Source: Thermoproteota archaeon (GTDB taxonomy: Archaea; Korarchaeota; Korarchaeia; Korarchaeales; Korarchaeaceae). Taken from it: DNA of 15,168 nucleotides. Of this stretch, positions 8,088-15,168 are shown one piece after another. A program made the position numbers and the translations under genes. Within the stretch, counting starts at the first letter, position 1; every line of letters begins with the position of its first letter. The notes under the pieces were generated by a model, which was not told the DNA's origin, did no database searches, and saw only the letters and a list, made by a program, of their open reading frames with translations. The stretch lies in NCBI GenBank assembly GCA_037917625.1, contig JAVCBY010000058.1, positions 1 through 15,168 of the forward strand, given 5' to 3'.

Positions 8088-9206
8088 TCAAGTCACCTCC
8101 ATCTTCAGGGATCTGAGGGAGAAGGAGAGGAAAACAACTGAAAAGGCCAGGATTATGACGAGCTCATTTGTTACCATTAGGAAGCTCCATCCCTTCAGGG
8201 CGACGTTCCTGAAGGCTCTAATGAAGTAGTACATTGGGATGAATGATGCTATTGCTCCGGCCTCGGGGCCGAGTATCTCGACTGGTATCAGCATACCGCT
8301 GAAGAGCATGCTGGGGATGAATGTGAAGATACTAGCTTGATAAGCTTGAAGCTGATTCTTCGAGAATACGGATATTAGGAGGCCCATGCTGAGTGAACTC
8401 AATAGGAACACTATTGAGACGACAGTCATGTCTATGAGGGACCCCCTGAGCTTAACATCGAAAATGAGGATAGCTGTTAATAAGCTTAAGATACTATCGG
8501 AGATTGTAGCTATGAAATATGCCACCAATTTTCCGAATATAACGTCGAAAGGCCTTATCGGTGTCATTATGAACTGCTCAAATGTGCCCTTCTCCCTCTC
8601 CCTGCATATGGACACGGATATGAGGCTAGTAGGCACCATCTGAAGTATCAGGGCCATGAGAGTGGGGATGAAGCTCTCAATCTTCTCGACTTTCGGTCCA
8701 TATACTGTATAGAACATCGGCCGTATCGCGAATGTCCCGAAATTGGATGCGGCCCACTCCTGGTAATGCTGAGTCACGACACCCACTGCTTGCATTATAG
8801 CTTGAGCGACTGTCGGATTGCTCGCATCATAATAGAGCTCAACTCTCGTCGCTCTACCGACCATAAGATCTTCTGTGAATCTTTCAGGGATTATCAAGCA
8901 TGCATAGACACTGCCTGAGTATACTGATGAGAAGCCTTGACCTTTCGATTTGTAAATGGCCTTTATCTCGAATAGTCTGGAGTCCCTCAGCTCCTCAATG
9001 AACTTGAACGATCCCTCCCTCCCATCCAGATCCACGATCGTTATGGGATACTTCCCAGATCCCTTCCCCCCATACCCGATCCCGAATAGTATAGTCACCA
9101 TTATCGGCATCATGAGGACCATAGCTATAGTCTTGGGATCCCTCAACAACTGAATCAATTCCTTCCTAACTATCGTAACTACCCTATAAGCATCATCTGA
9201 TGTCAC
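8088..9206 (-). CDS. ABC-2 type exporter permease (YbhS/YbhR-like)
   Basis: IVRKELIQLLRDP, one TM, an extracellular loop (IVDLD, IIPERF), SICREREKGTFEQFIMTP, FGKL, several TMs and FSGMLIP. Confidence 0.93.
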   Translation of the reverse strand: MTSDDAYRVVTIVRKELIQLLRDPKTIAMVLMMPIMVTILFGIGYGGKGSGKYPITIVDLDGREGSFKFIEELRDSRLFEIKAIYKSKGQGFSSVYSGSVYACLIIPERFTEDLMVGRATRVELYYDASNPTVAQAIMQAVGVVTQHYQEWAASNFGTFAIRPMFYTVYGPKVEKIESFIPTLMALILQMVPTSLISVSICREREKGTFEQFIMTPIRPFDVIFGKLVAYFIATISDSILSLLTAILIFDVKLRGSLIDMTVVSIVFLLSSLSMGLLISVFSKNQLQAYQASIFTFIPSMLFSGMLIPVEILGPEAGAIASFIPMYYFIRAFRNVALKGWSFLMVTNELVIILAFSVVFLSFSLRSLKMEVT

Positions 9207-9271
9207 CCTCTCACCTCATCAATCTTATAAATGCCTCCTCTAAGCTCACGAATACGGGACTCGCTGATCTT
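9206..9271. repeat. Direct repeat copy 2 (native 3' end of the ABC ATPase gene and spacer)
   Basis: Identical to 1-66. Confidence 0.97.
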
Positions 9272-10125
9272 ACTCTCACACCAGTCAACTCAGCTCTCCT
9301 CAGTACTTCGGGGAGGAAAGAGCTTGAATCCTCCACTAGGAGAAGATAACTGCCATCACTATTTTTCAACACTTCTTTCAAACCATTGATCCCTCTCAAA
9401 TCGAGATCTCCATCTACTCGAAGTTCTATGAGCTCCCCACCGATAGCTCTCCTCTTGATATCCTTAGGGGTCCCCTCAGCTATTACCCTACCGCCTCCCA
9501 TGAGAGCCAACCTATCGCAGTTCTCCGCTTCATCCATGTAATGCGTAGTTACTAGGATCGTCTTACCCTCTTTATTTAGTTCTTTGAAGTGCTCCCAGAA
9601 CTTTCTCCGAAGCGGAGGGTCTATTCCTGCAGTCGGCTCATCTAGGATGAGAAGATCCGGATCATGGACTAATGCTACAGCTAAGCTGAGCCTCTGTCTC
9701 ATACCACCGCTCAACTTCCCGGCCATCCTTCCCCTTATCTCTCTGAGGTAGAATCTATCCATGAGTTCGTTCACTCTCTCCCTCAGATGCTGGCCTCTGA
9801 GTCCCTGGAGGGAGCCGTAAAGCATTAGATTCTCCTCCACTGTAAGATCCTCATATAAGCTGAATCTTTGGGGCATATAGCCTATCTTCCTGATCACTTT
9901 ATCCCTCTCCTTCACGACATCTACACCGAAAACCCTCACAGATCCCTCTGTGGGCTTAATTACGCCTGTTATCATCCTTATAGTCGTGGTCTTCCCCGCA
10001 CCGTTAGGCCCGAGCAACCCGAAGTTCTCCCCTACCCTCACCCTTAAGCTTATATGATCAACGGCAGTGAAGGCTCCAAATTTCTTTGTCAAGTTTTCAG
10101 CTTCAATAGCTAGCCTCGATATCAT
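9211..10125 (-). CDS. ABC exporter ATP-binding protein (CcmA/YbhF/DrrA-like)
   Basis: Walker A GPNGAGKTT, Q-loop YMPQ, signature LSGGM, Walker B LLILDEPT, H-loop TTH and C-terminal SLEEAFI. ATG 10125 has GGAGG 8 nt upstream; TTG 10140 is an alternative start. Confidence 0.95.
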   Translation of the reverse strand: MISRLAIEAENLTKKFGAFTAVDHISLRVRVGENFGLLGPNGAGKTTTIRMITGVIKPTEGSVRVFGVDVVKERDKVIRKIGYMPQRFSLYEDLTVEENLMLYGSLQGLRGQHLRERVNELMDRFYLREIRGRMAGKLSGGMRQRLSLAVALVHDPDLLILDEPTAGIDPPLRRKFWEHFKELNKEGKTILVTTHYMDEAENCDRLALMGGGRVIAEGTPKDIKRRAIGGELIELRVDGDLDLRGINGLKEVLKNSDGSYLLLVEDSSSFLPEVLRRAELTGVRVRSASPVFVSLEEAFIRLMR

Positions 10126-10272
10126 CTCTGGTTCCTCCAAAGCATACCTACCTCCTCTCTTTTTCTATCTTCACTATTTTCCGTTTTATGGAATATAAAA
10201 ATTTGTGCATTAAATGCTCATGAATGACCAGCTTCCTTTTATTCCCTCAACGCGATACTTCAAGGTGGGATC

Positions 10273-10578
10273 GTGGAAGGTGAGAGGTCCGAGATAAGTG
10301 AAGTGGAGGAGCTGAAGGAAGTATTTTCCGTGTTGAGCAAAGAGGTCCCTAATTTAATTAAGGGTCTCATGGATCCGCTTAAGGAGCTCATGGATGTCCT
10401 CTATAACCCTGAGAGGGTTAGAGAGAGGGCTAAGGCAATAGCATCCTTCTATAGGGAGCTGAAGGACCAAGGGCTTCCGGATGAACTTATAGTAGAATTA
10501 GTGAAGCAACACTTCGAGAATCCCATGAGTTTGATAAAGAATATCATCTCCCAGAGGGAAAAGGAGGAGTCTGATTGA
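10273..10578 (+). CDS. Hypothetical alpha-helical protein (101 aa)
   Basis: AGGTGG RBS before GTG, host-like codon usage, amphipathic helices, and the motif FYRELKDQGLPDELIVEL. Confidence 0.8.
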   Translation: MEGERSEISEVEELKEVFSVLSKEVPNLIKGLMDPLKELMDVLYNPERVRERAKAIASFYRELKDQGLPDELIVELVKQHFENPMSLIKNIISQREKEESD

Positions 10579-10841
10579 CATCCCTCAAGAAAATAATCTC
10601 ACTAATGGTATTAATAAAGTATATCTTATATCTAATAGCCTTACTTCCTAAACTCTTTATTTTGTTCCTAAGAATAAAGATTAGATCTTATAGATCGTTC
10701 AGGATAGCCCTGAATGAGCTCCGGAAGAGTGGGTTGAATGGGAAATTGTCCCGTGAACTCGCGAGGCTCGCGGTTCCTGAGCTCAGGGGGGTGCTCAATT
10801 GGATGAGCTCAGAGAGATCAAAGAAATACTATCGCAAGTGA
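10575..10841 (+). CDS. Small basic protein with a hydrophobic N-terminus, probably membrane-associated (88 aa)
   Basis: GGAGGAG RBS, and the start overlaps the upstream stop (TTGA). Hydrophobic segment IISLMVLIKYILYLIALLPKLFILFL followed by ELRKSGLNGKLSREL. Confidence 0.65.
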   Translation: MTSLKKIISLMVLIKYILYLIALLPKLFILFLRIKIRSYRSFRIALNELRKSGLNGKLSRELARLAVPELRGVLNWMSSERSKKYYRK

Positions 10842-11233
10842 TGGAGAAATTAAATAAAGTAGAATCTAAGATAGGGAGCCTAGATGAGGATAAAAAGTTA
10901 ATAGAGACTTATAAGTCCCTCTTATCTATATACGCATCGATCCTAGGTAAGATAGCGAATTTAGAGAGGATAGCGCGTATTGTCTCGAGCGATATAGATA
11001 GAGCTATAGTGAGAGTGCTTTCCGATGGTGAGCCGAGGAACATCTCTGAGATAGCTGAAGAGGTCAAGAAGATGAGGGGAAAGTCTTCCAGGAGGATCAT
11101 AGCCGAGAGATTAAGTGCTATGTGCAATATGGGGATCCTGGAGAGGGTGAACGGTAGGGGAAAAGTTTATCGCTTGAAGCCGAGTCTACTAAAGGAGGAA
11201 GCATTAAAGGGATACCATGAGCCCGAAGATTAA
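10799..11233 (+). CDS. Coiled-coil + winged-helix (ArsR/MarR-like) transcriptional regulator
   Basis: N-terminal heptad pattern. C-terminal DIDRAIVRVLSDGEPRNISEIAEEV....SSRRIIAERLSAM..MGILERV..RGKVYRL wHTH. GGGGGGTG RBS. Confidence 0.85.
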   Translation: MDELREIKEILSQVMEKLNKVESKIGSLDEDKKLIETYKSLLSIYASILGKIANLERIARIVSSDIDRAIVRVLSDGEPRNISEIAEEVKKMRGKSSRRIIAERLSAMCNMGILERVNGRGKVYRLKPSLLKEEALKGYHEPED

Positions 11234-12434
11234 CGCAGATATCTGCGTTAGATGTAAAGGAAGTAAGATGCTCTGCGGCCTTAAGAGGTGTCCTATAGTT
11301 GAGAGGATCAGATTCGGCGGGCGATTGAATTTCGAAAGGTTGATAGATGGTTTCACTCCTCCATCATTCTTAGTTAGTGAGAGAGGATATCCTCGCGTTT
11401 TAGTAGGGCCTACGGTATCTCAAATAGAGCCCGATCTACCAGAGAACCCTAAATTTTGGATTTCAAAAGATTTGAGTTATGTCATAGCTAGATTTTCCTC
11501 TCAAGTTTACGCTAACTTCAGATCACATATCAGGAACGTAAATGATCCTAGATTAGAGGAATTGAGGTTCTCTGTAATGAGCTACTCTCCAGTTGGCATT
11601 AACGTAGAATTAGCTAAGGTCCCAAAGCCTAGAGTTAGTTTCGATGGTATACTAGCTCCAATAGGGCCATCAGCACCTGCTGAGAGGATCAAGCTGACCG
11701 AGAACCCTAAGATACCTTCAAGCTTGGAGAGGGCATTCTATGATAGCGATGTTAGGGCCTCCGAGATAATCTGGGAGACTTATAAGAGGGGAGTAGATGT
11801 TTATACGATATCTAAGATCCTTTCTCTCGGCGGCTTGGGGAGTAGAGCTAGGAGAAAGCTTGTACCAACTAAATGGGCGATAACAGCGGCTGATTCTATC
11901 ATCGGAGATTTTCTCAGGAGGGAAATAGAGTACTTGCCCATATATTCCGGGGAAGTTATGCTCTTCCAGAGCGACTATGAGGGAAACCGTTACTCCATAT
12001 TGATCGCTCCTGGCCCCTACATGCTGGAGATAGTTGAAGCCTGGATGCCGAGGGGGTTATGGACTAGGGGGAGCGATGAACCCGCAATGATGTTGAACTC
12101 CGAGATAGGTCGACTCGGGCTAGAGTATATGGATGGAGGCCACTACGCGATGAGGCTCGCTATCCTAGAGAAGCTCGCTGATATGAAGAGACAAGCTGCT
12201 GTAATTGCTATTAGGGAGATAGGGCCTGAATATTATGCGCCTGTCGGTGTTTGGCAGGTGAGAGAGGGAATGAGGGCTGCTTTGAGATCCGAACCCCTCA
12301 AGTTCCCGGAGCTAGGGGATGCCATGAGTCACTTGAAGTTGAGATTCGACTTTAATCTGTTGGTTAGATCCCTGAGGATACCTAAGATCCTGAAGGGATG
12401 GATTTCCCTAGAGGGATTCCTTAAGAACCCTTGA
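11217..12434 (+). CDS. nreA: Nre family DNA repair protein (DUF650/DUF651)
   Basis: N-terminal CVRCKGSKMLCGLKRCP, PPSFLVSERGYPRVLVGP, RRKLVPTKWAITA.D, GGHYAMRLAILE, REI.PEYYAPVGVWQVRE and a PIP-like C-terminus. Confidence 0.92.
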   Translation: MSPKINADICVRCKGSKMLCGLKRCPIVERIRFGGRLNFERLIDGFTPPSFLVSERGYPRVLVGPTVSQIEPDLPENPKFWISKDLSYVIARFSSQVYANFRSHIRNVNDPRLEELRFSVMSYSPVGINVELAKVPKPRVSFDGILAPIGPSAPAERIKLTENPKIPSSLERAFYDSDVRASEIIWETYKRGVDVYTISKILSLGGLGSRARRKLVPTKWAITAADSIIGDFLRREIEYLPIYSGEVMLFQSDYEGNRYSILIAPGPYMLEIVEAWMPRGLWTRGSDEPAMMLNSEIGRLGLEYMDGGHYAMRLAILEKLADMKRQAAVIAIREIGPEYYAPVGVWQVREGMRAALRSEPLKFPELGDAMSHLKLRFDFNLLVRSLRIPKILKGWISLEGFLKNP

Positions 12435-13514
12435 GACCCTCTTTATCATCGCCTTAGGAATCCTCAGAATCCCCCATCCCCAGAATTCCTTGAAATCTAG
12501 CCTTCCTATTGAGGTGAGCATGTACCTCCTGGCGATCTCTGGATAAGATACGAACATCTTGAAGAAGAAGCTCATATGCGGCACTATTATATCCCTAGCT
12601 TTGCGTTTCAATTTAAGTTCCTCCATGACGTCCCTCATGTTCTCATTATAAGTTAGAGCTGGATCCCCCGATTCTAGGGATTTTGAGCACTCCAAGGCGC
12701 TCTTAAATGCGTAATATAGACCTTCACCTGTCAGAGGATCGGCCAATCCGGCTGCATCCCCTACGAGTAAGACCCTATCTTTCGCTATCGGCTTATCATG
12801 TCCACCAGTTGGTATGATCCAATTTCCGACTCTCTCAACCTTATACCTCTTGGAGAACTCCTCGAATGCCTTGATTACCTCCTTAGATTTTGAAGCTATC
12901 CCTCCCACGCCAGCGTTTGAATCCCCTCCCCTGGGGAAGATCCAGCCGTAGCCGGATGGTGAGGCATCTACGATGAAAGTGAGCTCGTCGTGGAGGGGTG
13001 CTCTCCCCTCTATCGCGAATATTATATCATCGTTCCTCCAGCGGTTCCTTATACCTGAGGAGATCGCTACGATAGAGTAAGCACCATCGGCTCCTATGAC
13101 GTAGCGAGCGGCGAACCCTGATCCGATGACTTCCACCCTATCCCCCTTCAAAATGACTCCACTCACTTTTTCCTTTCTGAACTCAGCTCCTTGAGCGATT
13201 GCCTCATCTAGAAGCTCCTTATCTAGTTTCATCCTATCCAAAGTAGCTATAGCGAATTCCTCATCTGAACTAACCTTTATCTCTTCCCCGAATCCTCTGA
13301 TAACGACTTCCTTATGATAGGCCTCTGGGGATCTGAGCTTTATGCCCAATTCCCTCAGGAGATCGTAAGCTCTCCAAGTCACCCCGCCCCCGCACGGCTT
13401 GTACCTCGGAAAATCCTTCATATCGAGGATAAGTGTTTTATACCCATTCTTGGCCAGTAGATAGGCTGTGACAGAACCGGAGGGCCCCGCTCCTACGACT
13501 ATCGCATCCCACAT
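12408..13514 (-). CDS. Geranylgeranyl reductase family FAD-dependent oxidoreductase
   Basis: VVGAGPSGS, FPRYKPCGGG, IGADGA.S, PSGYGWIFP (PxxYxWxFP) and LLVGDAAGLADPLTGEGLYYA. TTTTAAAT TATA at 13536-13543 (minus) fits a leaderless start. The substrate cannot be determined from sequence. Confidence 0.9.
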   Translation of the reverse strand: MWDAIVVGAGPSGSVTAYLLAKNGYKTLILDMKDFPRYKPCGGGVTWRAYDLLRELGIKLRSPEAYHKEVVIRGFGEEIKVSSDEEFAIATLDRMKLDKELLDEAIAQGAEFRKEKVSGVILKGDRVEVIGSGFAARYVIGADGAYSIVAISSGIRNRWRNDDIIFAIEGRAPLHDELTFIVDASPSGYGWIFPRGGDSNAGVGGIASKSKEVIKAFEEFSKRYKVERVGNWIIPTGGHDKPIAKDRVLLVGDAAGLADPLTGEGLYYAFKSALECSKSLESGDPALTYNENMRDVMEELKLKRKARDIIVPHMSFFFKMFVSYPEIARRYMLTSIGRLDFKEFWGWGILRIPKAMIKRVSRVLKESL

Positions 13515-13753
13515 CGGTTTGAATAGGAGAATCTCATTTAAAATCTTTAATATGAGGGAGTGGTTTCCTGGCTGCTTAGAGAGGTTATTGGATTTAAATT
13601 ATTTGCATGCATAGCTAAAGATTTATCAGTTATTCTCTGAATTGGGAATTTTTCATATCGATACTGAGCGGAAATATCCTTAGGTAAGTCACCTCTGCCC
13701 TCTCAGGAAGGTAAGGAATTTATTGATAGAGTCCCGTGAGTAGGGGCGAGACT

Positions 13754-14254
13754 ATGGAGCTCAAGTTGGAGGTAGTGGATGCAACCCCGCCCGAGGGGTG
13801 CAATATAATAATAGCAACTTCCCATTTCATAAAGACTGTCGAGGATGTTTTCGAAGCCCTAGCCGATTCATGTTCTTGTATAAAGTTTGGATTAGCATTT
13901 TGTGAATCATCAGGTCCTAGATTGGTCAGAAAAGCTGGAAATGACGAGAAGCTCATTGAGGCTGCTGTAGAGATTGCGCTCAAGATAGGGGCGGGCCACT
14001 CTCTAGTCATATTAATGAAGGACGCTTGGCCTGTGAATGTCCTCCCAAGATTGAAACAGCTCCCAGAGATAGCAAATATTCATGCAGCAACGGCTAATCC
14101 GCTAAAAGTCATAGTGGCTGAATTCGGTGATGGTAGGGGGATACTGGGAGTTATAGATGGCGGTAAGCCCTTGGGCGTGGAGGGTAAGGAGGAGATCAAG
14201 GAGAGGATGGAGTTCCTGAGGAAGATAGGGTATAAGCATCCATTATCAGGCTAA
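13754..14254 (+). CDS. DUF355 / adenosine-specific kinase family protein (PAE2307-like)
   Basis: NIII..SHFIKTVED, FGLAFCESSGPRLVR..GND, IGAGH, AATANPL.VIVAE...GRGILGVIDG and FLRKIGYK. ATG 13754 preferred over GTG 13736 because TTTATTGA lies at about 13719-13726. Confidence 0.9.
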   Translation: MELKLEVVDATPPEGCNIIIATSHFIKTVEDVFEALADSCSCIKFGLAFCESSGPRLVRKAGNDEKLIEAAVEIALKIGAGHSLVILMKDAWPVNVLPRLKQLPEIANIHAATANPLKVIVAEFGDGRGILGVIDGGKPLGVEGKEEIKERMEFLRKIGYKHPLSG

Positions 14255-14370
14255 TCATCTTTCCGAATTTTTATCATGTCTTGGTTTATGTATAAGGAAT
14301 TATTAGACTATTGAACGGATTTCCTCCCTCCGATCCCTCGAGGCCAGGGAGTCTTGGGTTCTAATGGGAA

Positions 14371-15066
14371 TTAGATCCATTTTATCCCAGCTTTATCGCT
14401 CTTCTGATATTCAAACTTAGCTAAGATGCTGGCTGCAGCCACAGAAGGGTATTTTAGATCTGCACCGCTCTCTATTATCACTTCAATTCCTCTAATCTGG
14501 GAAAAAGCTTCTTCCAATCTTCTCCTATCGAAAGAATCTACGATTATTCTACAAGCCTCCGTATCCTTCAAAACCTCCTTAACGACTTCAAGGTGCCAAA
14601 TTGAGAGTAAATCATTGAGATTTCCTCTATTCCATAGTTCCCGAAGCTCCTCAGGGCTTATCCTCTTTATATGACTTGAGATCGATACTTTCCTTATCAG
14701 TCCAGCTAACTCCTCTATCCTCCCCTTAGGGACCGATTTCGATTCAAGGATCCCCCTGGCCCTGAGGAACTTCCTCCCCTCGCCATCTAGAGCAACAGCT
14801 GCTACTACTATAGGCCCTTCCCTCTCACCCTTTCCAGCTTCATCGGATCCTATCTCAATGCAGTCGTCCTCCGTTAGTACGCTCTCTACTAGGCTGACTA
14901 GAGCTTCGTGATCTACGACCTTCCCATTCCTGTAGACTATACCGGAGTATCCATTTACCTCGAATCTGAACTCCTCCCACTCATTCTTAGGTGGGGATTT
15001 GGATTTCAATCTACTCCTTAGGCTCTCTAACTCCTCTTTTCTTAAGGACGTACTTAACTGCCGCAA
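14371..15066 (-). CDS. Type 2 ribonuclease H with an N-terminal TBP-like (RNase HIII-type) domain, C-terminally short
   Basis: IGSDEAGKG..GPIVVAAV, G.LESK, IIVDSF and GADLKYPSVAAASILAK. N-terminal EFRFEVNGYSGIVYRNGKVV resembles the RNase HIII/TBP domain. GGTGA RBS 7 nt before the TTG start. Confidence 0.85.
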   Translation of the reverse strand: MRQLSTSLRKEELESLRSRLKSKSPPKNEWEEFRFEVNGYSGIVYRNGKVVDHEALVSLVESVLTEDDCIEIGSDEAGKGEREGPIVVAAVALDGEGRKFLRARGILESKSVPKGRIEELAGLIRKVSISSHIKRISPEELRELWNRGNLNDLLSIWHLEVVKEVLKDTEACRIIVDSFDRRRLEEAFSQIRGIEVIIESGADLKYPSVAAASILAKFEYQKSDKAGIKWI

Positions 15067-15168
15067 CCGAGATCACCAGTATGATGAATCCAGCGAGTAG
15101 AGGAAGGTAGCTCCCTCTCTCCTTCACCATAACATTTAACGATTTCTTCTCACTCATCAAAGTATTCC
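15011..15168 (-). CDS. Partial CDS running off the window edge: C-terminus of a membrane-anchored protein, or a 48-aa single-TM protein from ATG 15157
   Basis: Open frame ...NTLMSEKKSLNVMVKERGSYLPLLAGFIILVISVAAVKYVLKKRGVREPKE* (stop 15011-15013). TM helix followed by a KKR positive-inside tail. Not in the supplied ORF track. Confidence 0.7.
   Translation of the reverse strand, partial: NTLMSEKKSLNVMVKERGSYLPLLAGFIILVISVAAVKYVLKKRGVREPKE

Noticed and set aside
67..9271. Integrated virus/plasmid/ICE bounded by the 66-bp repeats as attL/attR
   Set aside because: No integrase, replication or virion gene and no tRNA target. The enclosed genes are housekeeping. Kept only as a rearrangement junction.
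2829..14674. ORFs 2829..3239, 5005..5241, 6550..6735, 8386..8643, 8956..9153, 10909..11127, 13720..14010 and 14426..14674
   Set aside because: All lie antisense to well-supported genes and show the Ser/Leu/Pro-rich composition typical of shadow frames.
15081..15168. ATGATGA as the C box of a C/D sRNA
   Set aside because: No CTGA D box downstream within the window, and the region is explained by the minus-strand CDS.

Overview
Gene-dense archaeal chromosomal segment. An HMf-type histone, Tsr3, Nre, BRE/TATA promoters with leaderless starts, GGTGA/GGAGG RBSs and AGG/ATA-rich codons point to a thermophilic archaeon; I infer something like Ca. Korarchaeum, but that is unverified. Most genes are housekeeping or metabolic: RHH regulator, stand-alone Lrp/AsnC domain, tsr3, pheA, a degenerate PurM/HypE-fold protein, histone, ADP-forming acyl-CoA synthetase alpha subunit, an ABC-2 exporter operon ending in a multi-Ig (CARDB/COG1361-like) surface protein, a divergent uncharacterised three-gene module coupled to nre, a geranylgeranyl reductase-family enzyme, a DUF355 protein and a type 2 RNase H with an RNase HIII-like N-terminal domain. 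I found no CRISPR array, tRNA, rRNA, integrase or transposase. The most notable features are: (1) bases 1-66 are an exact copy of 9206-9271 and form a junction that appears to truncate the first ORF, which suggests a 9205-bp tandem duplication or an assembly chimera; (2) a two-small-protein + wHTH module with a shared internal motif, lying between the exporter operon and nre; (3) the hybrid, C-terminally short RNase HII/HIII; (4) a probable pseudo-enzyme of the AIR-synthase family. All family calls come from motif recognition by eye; no database searches were run.
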